DNA from: Octopus sinensis
Taxonomy: Eukaryota
Direction: 5' to 3'
Length of the DNA stretch: 64,000 nt
Assembly (NCBI RefSeq): GCF_006345805.1
Contig: NC_042999.1
Span: 169,384,001 to 169,448,000 of the forward strand
Shown here: piece after piece, positions 1 to 12,467 of the stretch
How the letters are laid out: every line of letters starts with the position of its first letter
How positions within the stretch are numbered: position 1 is the first letter of the stretch
Translations under genes and position numbers: made by a program
Notes under the pieces: generated by a model
What the model was told of the DNA's origin: nothing
The model's input: the letters and a program-made list of their open reading frames with translations, nothing else
Database searches by the model: none

Positions 1-390
1 AAATCAATGCATTCCAGCCTCTTGGCATTTCAACTTGTTTCGAAAGCACTTTGCTCAGATCAAACAATCTTTTCTTGTCACATCCAACATAAACTGACTC
101 CTCTGCATCACACACAATTTGTACTGGATGTCTTTATGCACAACCCTTCTAATGAAACCTTGAGGTCCTTTGCAATGGCTCTAATTGAGTTTTTGTTCTG
201 GTGATATTAGGACCCTGTGCATACATTTTACATTTAGCTGCTGATGTTGGGTCTCCATCAACAGCCTCCAGCTCATTTTGAAATTTGACAAAGAAAGAAT
301 GGGCAACTTTCAGGAAGCAAGCTAGCTTTGTATCACTATTGCTTTTAGAGCAACAATTAAAGAATGCCTTTTCATTTGCTGATGTCTAAC
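1..390 (-). mobile_element. Decayed Tc1/mariner-superfamily (maT/DD37D-like) transposase N-terminal fragment, cut by window edge
   Basis: Minus-strand translation with frameshifts gives MKRHSLIVALKA..LACFLKVAHSF..QNELEAVDGD..KNSIRAIAKDLKVS..VVHKDIQYK..., resembling the HTH region of invertebrate maT-type transposases from memory; not database-verified. Confidence 0.55.
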
Positions 391-1151
391 ATTTTTTATT
401 CAAAAAGTAAAGTAAAAAAAAAGTGAGAAGAAAGCTAGAGCTCTTAAAAGAGTTGTCCTCAAAAAACTGATGCAACCTGTTCAATGATAGCATGCTTTTT
501 CTGTCTTTTTTTTTTTTTGACATTATCTTTTTGTTATTTGTTGGAGCATATATTTTTAGAGTTAGGTGGATGTCTTTTCCTGACTAATTAGTTTATGTAC
601 AAATGTTCTAAAACTATGAGGCTTATTTCGGAAGAAACACTGTTCAATGTTTGTCAAATTAGAATACACCAGGAAGGGAACCTCTGTGAAGTCACTTTAT
701 CTGTTTGATATAGGAGCCAGTTTCCTTTAGAAAAGTTGCTAGCATCCTTGAGATACTAATCAAATGTTGAATTTTTTACCAAACTGATATACTGCTTCTA
801 CACATCTTGAGTGCTGGAGATTCTTTTAACTGTTTCTGTGCTAGTGAACTACTCTCTTGCACAGCTGACCTGGATTGTCCAGTTGCAATTCTAATTGTAA
901 GAAACGTTGAATCTCAACCATTCAGTTTTATGTCAAGTCCAACTTAAATTTTAAAATGTGATAATGTAACAAAATGGAACAAAAAAAATTAAAATGAGTA
1001 ATAGTATAAATAAATAAAACATCTCTTTATTAATACATGCTCCAACTATATATGTGAAATTCTTGATATTTACAGAAATATCCAATGCAACCTAGCATGA
1101 AATTTTGATAAAAACAATTATTTAATAAGTTTGAATTAAAAAAGTACTTTC

Positions 1152-1214
<63 letters not shown>

Positions 1215-1279
1215 AAAAACGGTAAGATAGGAAAAGAAATAAAGAGACCTCAATATTATGTAAATAGAGGAAATTTATC

Positions 1280-1807
1280 TATAAAATAATATGTTACAAT
1301 TACTCAATAGTCAAGATAAAACTCTTAGTTTCAGATGCCGAAGTGGAAATCCACAACACCATCTCTTTGGTTATCTGGCCACCTGAAAAAACGCTATGAA
1401 AAAATACCGTTTTATAAAGGGAAATTACTGTGTTATAATTCTGCTACTTTTATAAAATAAGATTAAAATTTCATAGTCTAGTCATACACTCATATATGCA
1501 TATATATTTGGCGAAAAATGCGAGTTAAGATATGTACGTTTTCATAGTGACGTATAAGTACGCACGTGGGTCCGCGAGCGCACATGTGAGTGTATGAGTA
1601 GCCATGTTTTACGTGTTTACTATGAACTTTTAACCTTAATTTATATAAGTAGTGGAATTATAACACAGTAATTTCCCTTTATATAACGGTATTTTTTCAT
1701 AGCGTTTTTTCAGATGGCCAGATAACCGAAGAGATGGTGGTGTGGATTTCCACTTTGGCATCTGAAACTCAGAGTTTTATCTTGACTATTGAGTGATTGT
1801 AACATAT

Positions 1808-1816
<9 letters not shown>
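1280..1816. mobile_element. Fold-back/MITE-like palindrome (arms about 200 bp) between (TA)n tracts
   Basis: 1280 tataaaataatatgttacaat..cagatgccgaagtggaaatccac.. is the reverse complement of ..gtggatttccactttggcatctg..attgtaacatattattttata 1816; about 90% arm identity by eye; CpG-rich spacer. Confidence 0.85.
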
Positions 1817-1841
<25 letters not shown>

Positions 1842-1845
<4 letters not shown>

Positions 1846-1937
1846 ACGTCATTCAAAGGCTAAAACAATGCAAACACATTGTGACCAGCGATGTGTAACT
1901 ACATCTGATAGCCTGGTCGGTCACGGTGATCACGGTG
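1842..1937 (+). mobile_element. 3' fragment of tRNA-derived SINE family A
   Basis: gtcattcaaaggctaaaacaatg..catctgatagcctggtcggtcacggtgatcac matches the 3' end of the copies at 13575 and 61181. Confidence 0.75.
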
Positions 1938-1967
1938 ATATATATATATTATATATAATTATATATA

Positions 1968-2019
<52 letters not shown>

Positions 2020-2070
2020 TATATATATAATCATATATATATATATATTATATATATTATATATATAATC

Positions 2071-2104
<34 letters not shown>

Positions 2105-2286
2105 ATCATATATATATATATATTATATATATTATATATATAATCATATATATATATATATTATATATATTATATAATCATATATATATATATATTATAT
2201 ATATTATATATATAATCATATATATATATATTATATATATTATATATATAATCATATATATATATATATTATATATATTATATATA

Positions 2287-2322
<36 letters not shown>

Positions 2323-2395
2323 CATATATATATATTATATATATTATATATATAATCATATATATATATATATTATATATATTATATATATAATC

Positions 2396-2454
<59 letters not shown>

Positions 2455-2562
2455 ATTATATATATATATTATATATATAATTATATATATATATTATATA
2501 TATAATATATATATATATATATTATATATATAATTATATATATTATATTATAATATATATGC

Positions 2563-2654
<92 letters not shown>

Positions 2655-2735
2655 TATATATATAATTATATATATATATGTATATATATAATTTATATAT
2701 ATATATATTTATATATATGTGTGTGTGTGTGTGTA
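1936..2735. repeat. About 800-bp compound (TA)n microsatellite with higher-order unit, ending in (TG)n
   Basis: Almost pure A/T; recurring ~30-bp unit like atcatatatatatatattatatatattatatatata. Confidence 0.95.
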
Positions 2736-3963
2736 TGTATGTAAATAAATCAGGTATCTAATTTACTTTTAATATTCCACTTTGTTTTTTCTCATGTGAT
2801 AATTAATGCTTTTCTAAGTCACTTTCGTTATGAGTTACCATTTGAGTGCATTTTAGTTTTTAAATTTACTTTGGAATACATATATTAAATTTGAAGCGAT
2901 AAAATAATTGCTGTTAAACTTCTTGTCAGATATGTGTATATCATCGTCATTTTATGTCCACATTCAAGGATGACATGGATTAGACAGGTCGTCACTGTCT
3001 AAGTCACCTCCTATAGGGAGCTACTGCTCTAAGGAATAGGTACTAATATGTATCACTTGGTCTTGTATCTATGGCTGAGTGCCTTTCTAAATACCAACCT
3101 CTTTACAGAGTGTTCTGGATGCATTTTCTTATCATACCAACGCTATAAATTTCCTTAGTGAGATAGGATTGAAAGATATCTCCTAGCGCTACACTTTCTC
3201 TGCTCCACTAAGGCAAATCTGTCTTTAAGTAAAAAAGACCAATAACTAGCTGAGCTTAATACTGATGTTTACTATTTTAACCACATATATAACTGGATTT
3301 TATAGCATCCTGTCTTTTATCATAGCCTCAAGTTGACCCAAGGCTTGTGAATGAAATTCTGTAGATGGAAAATTAGGTACCTGTTGGAAGGTTTGTGCCT
3401 GTAATTTAAGGTCCGGCCATGCTACACTGTATCATACTGATTCCACTTGAAGATTACGTTAAGGGTACATGTGTCTGTAGGATGTTCATTTACTTATATG
3501 CTAATTCAATGAGCAACTAGTTCAATTAATTGAACAACTGAGAACACATTGTCAGAATTGATGGAGATCCATTAATTTTCTGTCATCTGTTGAAGTAAAT
3601 CTACCTCCTTTCAATGATATTCCATTGAGCAGATCATAAATATCACACATTCATCCTCTTTTCTTATAAATTATATATTGCTTCATAGCTATAAAATGAA
3701 TATATTTATACTCATCTCTATACACAATGAAATTTAAAACACTGTATATGTACTTTTATCTCATATTTTTACCTCTCCACCACACAATTACTTTCATTTA
3801 GTGAGATAATACTAATACTTCTGTACATAGATCTTTGAATTTAATTCAAAGTTAGAAACATTTTATAATATAAAGCTGATAAAAATTATAAGACCCCAAA
3901 AATATCAATGTTTAATTGTTTGTTCATTTTCTTTCTCTAATTTCAAATGTTTCCTTCAATCAG

Positions 3964-4074
3964 GAAATCACATTTAACACTTATGGTGGCCCCTTAGGAC
4001 TCAGTATTGTTGGTGGCACAGACCATTCATGTCTTCCGTTTGGAAATAATAATCCTGGCATTTTTATTTCAAAG
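3964..4074 (+). CDS. scrib: Scribble-like exon: PDZ3 N-half (EITFNTYGGPLGLSIVGGTDHSCLPFGNNNPGIFISK)
   Basis: tcaatcag|GAA..AAG|gtaagt; 111 nt, phase 0/0; the GLSIVGGxDHS.xPFG..PGIFISK signature is that of Scribble PDZ3. Confidence 0.93.
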
Positions 4075-4756
4075 GTAAGTTTCCAAAACTTATTTCTCTA
4101 TGTTGAATGAATTCTTTAGACACTTATTGGATTGATTAATTTATTTAACAATTAATTTTTACTGGGAGTAGCTGATTTTATTAGCAATTTGTCTGGTAGT
4201 TTCCTCACTATTACACACATACACACACTCATGTGTGTGTATGTGTGATTCAAGTAAATAAGGCACTTACAGGTAAGGCACCAAGTTAGGTCAGAATGAA
4301 AATGCATACACAACAATTATAGATGAATACCAAGTTTGGTACCAAAGTACTGACAGAAGGATATTCAGGTTATGTATACAATTAATTGAACCCAGCTGAA
4401 TATAACTTCAGCCCTTAGGCTAATTCAGAAACGTACATTTTATTAAATATACGGTCCATAATATACTTCGGAACATGCAAGGGGCAGGCTCCAAGGGAGG
4501 TGAATTATAAATGAATAAATAACAAGTGGAGGATAAGGTCAGTTCATTACAGTTGTTTCTAACGAATTTTTTAATTAATCAATGAGTACATAATAAAATT
4601 TTAAAAAACTGTTTACTTCAGATAAACACACAAACTTTACAATTAAGGACATTTACTAACTACACCTGTATTAAACTAAGCTAGAAATACAACTAAATAC
4701 TATTAACAGCTGCTAGTTGACCAATAAGGATGTTTTATTTTCTCTTTGCTTTTCAT

Positions 4757-5950
4757 ATATCTGGTCATCCCATAAGTTCTGTCCGATTTGACCTTTTTTA
4801 AAATTGAATGAAATTTAATAGTATTTTAGAATGTCTAATGGAATTAAAAATTATTCTTATGCATTTGTGTACATTTAAACTAATTAAATATTATTTTACA
4901 GAATAATAGAATTAAAATTTATTTGATTAAAACCCTTTCTAACATGGAAGTATCCAAAGAGCATTTGAGGCACATAATGCTTTATGAGTACAAAAAATGA
5001 AACTCTGCAGCTGAAGCAACTTGAAACATGCACTCAATTTACGGGAAAAGAATGCTTGAATGAAAGAACTTGTAGAAGATCGTTTGCAAAATTCAGAAGT
5101 GGAGATTTCAGCCTTGAAGATGAAGATCGAACAGGACATCCTGATAAGCTTGTTGAGGCATTACTTGAAGAAAATCCTGCATTATCAGTTGAAGAATTGG
5201 CAATAAAGCTTAGTTCAAACCATACAACATCATCATCTTCAACAACTTGGAAAGGTTCCTAAGCTTGGAAAATGGGTGCCTCATGAATTGCCCGAAAGCA
5301 GCTGCAAATCCCAGGTTGACATCTGCTCTTCTCTCCATTCTCACAAACTCATTTCGCCCTTTTTGGATAGACTTGTGACTAGTGACGAAAAAGGGATCTT
5401 CTATCGAAATGTTAAATGTCGTAAACAGTGGCTTGGTAAAAGAGAAAAAGCTTAACCACAACCAAGAAAGGAAAAAGATTCTTCTCTCTATCTGGTGGGA
5501 TTGCAAAAGAGTAATTCACTTTGGTTACCACCTAATGCAACAATCAATGCTCAAGTCTACTGTCAGCAATTGGAGCGTTTGAACTGAGCTTTGAACAAAA
5601 AAAAGACATGCTTTAGTGAATCGAAAAGGAGTGATGTTTCATGAGGACAATGCGCAACCCCACACTGCAAACATCACATCACAGAAGATCAAAGAGCTTG
5701 GTTGGGAAAAAATTCCTCATCCACCTTATTCTCCTGAAGACTACCATTTGTTTCGTAGTTTACAGAATCATTTGGGGACATAACTTTTGCAAGCCAGGAG
5801 GAGGTCGAAACTGACATTTCAGAGTTCTTTGCTTTGAAACCAAAAGAGTTTTACATTGATGGGATTAAAAAGCTTGTAAATAGATGGAAGGAAGTCATAG
5901 ATAATCAGGGAAAGTACATTGATGATTAAATTTCAATTAAATATCACATT
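4757..5950 (+). mobile_element. Decayed mariner transposon, left TIR present, right end disrupted
   Basis: ORF pieces ERTCRRSFAKFRSGDFSLEDEDRTGHP, GKWVPHEL, LVTSDEK, HEDNAQPH, HPPYSPE; TA followed by ctggtcatcccataagttctgtccg, similar to the TIR of the 43031 element. Confidence 0.9.
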
Positions 5951-5959
5951 TGATCACTT

Positions 5960-6600
5960 CATCATCATCATCATCATCATCGTTTAACATCTGTTTTCCA
6001 TGATCGCATGGGTAGGACGGTTCAACTGGGGTCTGGGAAGCCAGGAGGCTGTGCCAGGCTCCAGTCTGATCTGGCAATGTTTCTACAGCTGGATGCCCTT
6101 CCTAACACCAACCACTCCGTGAGTGTAGTGGGCGCTTTACTTTGGGCCACCAGCACAGGGGCCAGAGGAGGCTGGCAAACGGCCATGATTGGTTGGTGCT
6201 TTTTACATGTCACCAACACGGATGCCAGTCAGGTGGCACTGGCATCAGCCACGTTCAGATGGTGCTTTTTCTGTGCCACCAGCATGGGTATCATAACTAC
6301 AATTTCCATTTGATTTTTATTTTGATCTTGATGTACTTGACTCAATAGGTCTCCTCAAGCACAGCAGGTCACTCTACGATCCGAGGTTAGCACAGCAGGC
6401 CGTCTTGCAAGCCAGGAACCATGAACTCACTTCATTTGTCAGGTTTTCGCAGTCACAGCATATCTCCAGAGGTCTCGGTCTTTCGTCATTTCCTCTGTGT
6501 GGCCCAATGTGCCACTGGCATGGATATTGCAATTACAATATCCATTTGATTTTTATTTTGATGTTGATGTACTTGACTCAATAGGTCTCCTCAAGCACCC
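5960..6600 (-). mobile_element. RTE LINE 3' end (last ORF codons + 3'UTR + (GAT)n tail)
   Basis: (CAT)n tail at left, conserved ggatgcccttcctaac..ccactccg core; 6465-6510 resembles the ORF end of the RTE at about 8550-8620. Confidence 0.85.
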
Positions 6601-6829
6601 CTTTTGTGTTACCATTTGTCCCTCTCCTTGAAAGTACTTCCTTTTGTCACCCATCCCACTTTCTCAATATCACCCCTTACCACTTTATTTTCCACTGAAT
6701 ACCCCTTTCTCTGAACATCATCTTATATCAGGCATCAATACCCTCCCCACTTTATTTCCACCCATATGTACCTCTGACACCCTTCCATCTCTGTCAATGT
6801 GCATCCCTCTCTCACCCACTCACTCTACA

Positions 6830-6862
<33 letters not shown>

Positions 6863-7440
6863 TTAACGTCCGCTTTCCATGCTAGCATGGGTTGGACGGT
6901 TCAACCGGGGTCTGGCGAGCCCGAAGGCTGCACCAGGCCAGTCAGATCTGGCAGTGTTTCTACAGCTGGATGCCCTTCCTAACGCCAACCACTCCGAGAG
7001 TGTAGTGGGTGATTTTATGTGCCACCGACACAGGTGCCAGACGAGGCTGGCGAACGGCCACGCTCGGATGGTGTTTTTTATGTGCCACCAACACAGCACG
7101 CTCAGATGGTGTTTTTTATGTGCCACCGACACAGGTGCCAGACGAGGCTGGCAGACGGCCACGCTCGGATGGTGTTTTTTTATGTGCCACTGACACAGGT
7201 GCCAGACGAGGCTGGCGAACGGCCACACTCGGATGGTGTTTTTATGTGCCACCGACACAGGTGCCAGATGAGGCTGGCGAACGGCCACGATCGGATGGTG
7301 TTTGTTACGTGCCCACAGCACAGAGGCCAGTCGATGCGGTACTGGCTACGGCCACGTTCGGATGGTTTTCTTGTGTGTCACCGGCACTGGTACCACAAAG
7401 ATACAGATTCCATTGATGTTCATCTATTTTGATTTGTTTT
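6830..7440 (-). mobile_element. RTE 3'-end copy with about 6-7 tandem ~60-bp units
   Basis: (CAT)n tail, same core, then repeated gtgccaccgacacaggtgccagacgaggctggcgaacggccacgctcggatggtgtttttta. Confidence 0.9.
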
Positions 7441-8339
7441 GATTTTTCATCTCTCTGTTTTTCATCTGTTTACAGTTTTATTATACTGTTGTATTTTGAA
7501 CTGCCACTTATGACCACCACCTCATCCCTGGTCAACTCCTGTTTCCTTCACCTTCCCCCTCAAACTGATATTCACCATTGACCAGACCTTCAACTTTATT
7601 CACTGTTCACTGCATTCACCCTTATACCAATCTCTAGCCATCTGTCACTCTCTTTCATACAATCACAAAGTTACCTACCCACCTATCCTTTCTGGTCCTT
7701 TGTCCCTATTCTCTCTTATATTCACATTCTTGTACCTTGAGGTAACACCTTCGCATCTCATCACCATCATTTTTCCAGCTTGGGTAGCTATGTACATCCA
7801 CCTGTTCCTGTCTCTCTGTCATCACACCCTGACTCTGTCAAGAGATCTTGTCTTCTGAGTTACTTATTAACTTTACTAATGTTGGTGCCACAAAAAATGC
7901 ATTCTGTATACTATGTAGAGTAGTTGGCATTAGGAAGGGCTTCCAGCCATAGAAACTATGCTGAAAAAATCATTAGAGCATGATACAACCTGGCTTGTCA
8001 GATCCTGTTAAACTGTCCAACCTATGCCAGTATGGAAGGAAGACAGATGCTAAATGATGATGACGTTGATAGATAGGTGTCTCTGTGTATATGTATATGT
8101 GTATGTGTGTGCATGCATGTATGTTTCTCCTTGTCTTGATATCACATGATGGCTGTGAGCAAGTGTCATGATGATACAAGCAGTATCTTTTGTTTTGAAT
8201 TTTCTCTGTAAACATGTCCAGCCATGGTGAAGTATTACTTTGCATGGAAACAGGTGAGATGGTTACAGAGAAAGCATTTGGCTATAGAAAACCTGCTTCC
8301 AGGAATTCCATCTAACCCATTCAAGCATGGAGAAGTCAT

Positions 8340-10655
8340 CCCCGTCATCATCCTTTATAATCTGTTTTGCATGCTGGCATGGGTAATATGGTTTGACTTA
8401 CCCAAGTTCCAGTTTGTTTTGCCTACAGCTGGATACCCTTCCTAACACCAACCATTCCATAGAGTGTACTAGGTGTCTTTTACCTGTCATCAGCATGGAT
8501 ACCTTGTACATGTCACTGGCCACGACTTTGATCTCACTTAGCTTGATGTGTCTTCAAAAGCACAGCAAATTGCCAAAAGTCTCAGCCATTTGTCATCACC
8601 TCAGTGGCACTCAGCATCCGAAGATCATATTTCACCACATTGTCCTATGTTTTCCTGGGTCTACTTCTTCCACAGGTTCTCTCCACAGTTAGAATTCAGC
8701 TCTTCTTTACACAGCTGTCCTCATCCATATGCATCACATGACCATACGACACAGTCTTCTCTCTTGTACATTACATCTGATGCCTCTTATACCCTATTTT
8801 TCTCTTAAGACACATTCTGTTGTATGTACACACTGACATTGCACATCCATTAGAGCATACCAGCTTCATTTCTTTCAAGACTTTGCATGCCCTCTGCAGT
8901 CACAGCCCATGTTTCACTGCCATGTAGCATGGCTGTTTGCACATAGGTATCATACAATCTACCTTTCACTCAGAGGGAAAGGCTCTTTGTTACCAACAAA
9001 GGTAGCTCTATGAACTTTGCCAAGCACATTCTTATTCTAGCAGCTAGGCTCTCAGAGCATCCTTCTCCATTGCTGACCTAGGGAATGGAAGCTATCTACT
9101 ACTTCTTAGTACTCCACTCTCTCCAGGCCATTTGATGAAGTCTATTTTCTGTACATTCTTAGTGTTTATTGTACCTGCCCATCTGTCACACACAGACTAC
9201 TTTCTCTGTTAACCTTCCTCTGATACTGCAGCACCTCTTATACGTCCATATCTTGCACTGAGTACCCCTTATGGTGTTTCTACTTACACATTTCCTACAT
9301 ATCAAGCAAGGCCTTCTTCCTGAAGGGATTTGTGATTTGCCTATTTTCCTACTTACTAAGACTTTGGTCTTTGTTAAATTAACTCTTAGGCACTCTGATT
9401 CTAGACCTTGTTTCCACTCCTGAAATTTCTTCTCTAGTTCTGGTAGAGATTGAGCTATAAGAACAAGGTCATCAGCATAGAAGAGCTCCCAAGCACAGCC
9501 CATATTAAATTCTTCTATTATGGCCTGGAAGACTATGATGAACTAGAAGGGGCTAAGAACTGAACCATGGGGAACTCCTACCAGTACACTGAATGCATTA
9601 CTATCAATCCTCACCTTATTGATGGCATCCTCACCTTATTGATGGCATCCTGTACATGGCTTTCCAGCTTTCACCAGCCACTCATCTATCCCTAGCTTCT
9701 GCATTGACCAAGGGAGTAGGGGAGCCTGTCAAAGGCTTTCTCCATGTCAACAAAAGCCAAGTACAGAGGTTACTCTCCTACAGCTGCCTTACCAAGAATA
9801 TAGTATCAGTGATACTCCTCAAAAAACAATCTGCATCTCATCTAGACTAACTCTCTTCCAAGTAAGTTGAGCTATGATTTCTCTGTAACTTTCATCACTT
9901 GGTCCAACAATTTGATATCTAATTATTTCTGTCTAAGGTGTCACCTTTACTTTTATAGCAGTTGACTATAGTGCTGCTACACCAGTCATTTGGTATGACT
10001 CCCTCATGGACTACCACCTGATTGACTAAACACGTGATTAGACCATATCCCATTCCATCAGATTTTTAAGCATCTCAGCAGCAATTCCTGATGGTGTGGG
10101 GGCTTTCCCTGTCTTTATATCCTTCATAGATTTATCTACCAAGCTACTGTCTATTCAGATAGCTGGTCATTCTGTTGGATTCACATCAGGCAGACTGTCC
10201 TTCTCCATGTGTTCTCCACATTCAGCAGCCTTTCATGGTGGCATTTCCAAGCCTCTTTCTTTGCAGAGTCATTAACTGCAAGTGAACCTTCATTCATGCA
10301 AATGCTCTTCTCTCCTACAACATCAGAATTTTCCCTGATACACTGTCTTGCAAATCAAAACACTTCAAGCTGCTGGCCCTCACACCATAGAATATTTGGC
10401 AAACATCTTCCTTTCTGCTTCTCCCCTGGCTAAGTATACCTGACTCCTATCTTCTCTTCTAGCTACTTGATATAGTTCTTTGCTGGTGCCACCCCTCCAG
10501 TCCTGTTTCTCTACTCTAAAAGCCCTGCCAACTACACTGTTCCACCATCATATCACTCTAGGCCTTGTCGGGACTTGGCACCAGCCACAAATTTGGTCTG
10601 TGGCTCTCAGTGTTGTCTCGTAGGAACTTCCAGTTTCCCTCCATGTTACATGTCT
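8340..10655 (-). mobile_element. 5'-truncated, decayed RTE-clade LINE (RT domain, Cys-rich region, 3'UTR)
   Basis: ORF 9186..9503 WELFYADDLVLIA..LRVNLTKTKVL..CLICRK; 8340-8480 carries a diverged copy of the same 3'UTR/tail as the short RTE-end copies. Confidence 0.9.
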
Positions 10656-10695
10656 GTAAAAACAATAATGTTGATTAGAATGTTTTCATTTCTAG

Positions 10696-10755
10696 ATTGA
10701 GAAAGATGGAATTGCTGCCAGTACAAACCTTAAATTTGGTGATAGAATTCTTTCT
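10696..10755 (+). CDS. scrib: Scribble-like exon: PDZ3 middle (IEKDGIAASTNLKFGDRILS)
   Basis: ttttcatttctag|ATT..TCT|gtaagt; 60 nt, phase 0; G.AA...L..GDRIL PDZ motif continues the previous exon in frame. Confidence 0.92.
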
Positions 10756-11463
10756 GTAAGTACATTTTAAAAATAAGTTTTATTATAAGCAAATAGTATT
10801 TTGGCCATCATCTTGAATGTGGCTAGTTGATTTACTTTTGAACTTTCTTAGTTCTTTCACATTAAATTACCTGTGGACCTCTACCATTAAACAAAATACA
10901 TTATTGAAATAGATTTGCCTTTACAATTAAAAAATTTCAACATTGCTAAATTTTTTATCAAATTCTTCTGTTTAAGAAGCCTTTTTTTATACCATGTTGA
11001 AACAAAATTTCGAAATTATAGAATTATTTCCATAATTTCAACATTTCTTCAAATCCCTAATTCAGGATAAATTCCTGAAATGGATGAAAATTGTAAAGTT
11101 TGCTATCAGCAACAGTCAGTCAAAGGATTTTGAGTGATGTCATTAAGTTCACTTCTTGTAGGACAATTGAACTTGCTTAACATTCCGCAAACTCACTTGA
11201 AAACATTAGATTGAATTCAATAACTTTCATTAGTTTCTTTGGATTGAAAAAGAATAGTTTCGTTTTAATAGTCATCTTAGGTGTTTAAAATACACCTAAA
11301 CTATTACATTCTGTTTACTAGATTTTTTTAAACATGCACACACACAGATTATGTATTCAAGTTATCTAATACTTTATTTCACTGCATCTTTTAAATAGGA
11401 TTATCAGCACTCAGATCGTAAATGTTTCTCAAAAGACTATACTATTCAATATTATCTGCTACT

Positions 11464-12467
11464 TGTTGGGAATACGACAGGAGTTGGTGACAAATGTCTC
11501 CTTTAAAACATCGCACGGTCGTCCCTAACAAAATAAGAAGCCAAATGCATGATATAAAGTACAGTGACAAAAGGAATGAATGATGGACGACAACCGTTGT
11601 ACTGTTTGAGAGAGAAGATGACTTTATTTTACAAAGTGTAGAAGGAGGGAGTGTGTGTGTGTGAGTGCTAGCAAAGTGTTGTGTCTGGCTGTGTGCGACA
11701 AGTGTTTGCGTCTGTGTGTTTGTGTATACAACAGAATGCAGAGCAAAGATACGTTTCTCAGCATATTGAGTTAAGATGGAATTTGTTTACCAGTTCGTAA
11801 GTGAGGTACACGATAGCAAGTTCTATAACAAGATGTTGTGGACACGAGGCAGAGGCCGGTTGGGCACATGTCGTGCAGCGGTTGGGGCCTCAATGCCTTG
11901 CCGAGTCTCTTGACACACAAAGTTCTTTCAGGTAGACTGTAACTGTTTTACCTCAGTGAAATATTCACAAACAGCGTGGAGTTTTAAACCTGGTCGATGT
12001 TGATGTGTACATATTTGAAGTTGACGGTGGTAATAGCGACAGTGGTGGAGATGTCCTATGCTGCTGGTGTACATTAGCATTGTCGTGGCTGAAGCAGGAG
12101 CATAGCTGGATGGCTGGCTGGTCGTCTGTCGCTGGAACTGGAACACAGCTGAGTAGCTTGGTGGTCAGTGACTAGACCATAGAAGGTTTAGAGCCAAAGA
12201 CCCGGAATAGTGAATGCTGGGCTTTTTATAGGGTTTAGATGGCTCAAATGAAGGATCAGAAAAACAGCATCACAAGACCTTATCCAAAGGCCGTGATTGG
12301 TTTGCTTACACACTGGCGCAAAATATGTCCAAAGACAAACTGCGCCAAATGCCGACCAATCAGAGCAGTGGACACAACAGGGTCAAACTAGCCAAAGATG
12401 GTTGTTATCTACCTTGAGATTATTCCTAATGTGTCTTTCAAACAGTGAGGATATCACTCATGCAACA
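11464..12467 (-). mobile_element. Solo LTR, 1004 bp, antisense to host gene
   Basis: TGTTG...CAACA termini flanked by identical TACT (11460-11463, 12468-12471); on the minus strand CCAAT (12296-12300), TATAAAAA (12223-12230) and AATAAA (11623-11628) occur in LTR order; no coding similarity seen. Confidence 0.8.

Noticed and set aside
1-3960. Search for the preceding Scribble exon (PDZ2/linker)
   Set aside because: No convincing exon found; it is presumably upstream of the window.
7015-7400. Regularly spaced repeats resembling a CRISPR array
   Set aside because: Units are contiguous with no unique spacers, there are no cas genes, the context is eukaryotic, and they belong to the RTE 3'UTR.
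6644-7432. Many overlapping 100-150 aa ORFs (MLAWVGRF.., MPPTQVPDEAG.., poly-His)
   Set aside because: Translations of GC-rich repeat copies and (CAT)n tails, recurring wherever the repeat occurs.
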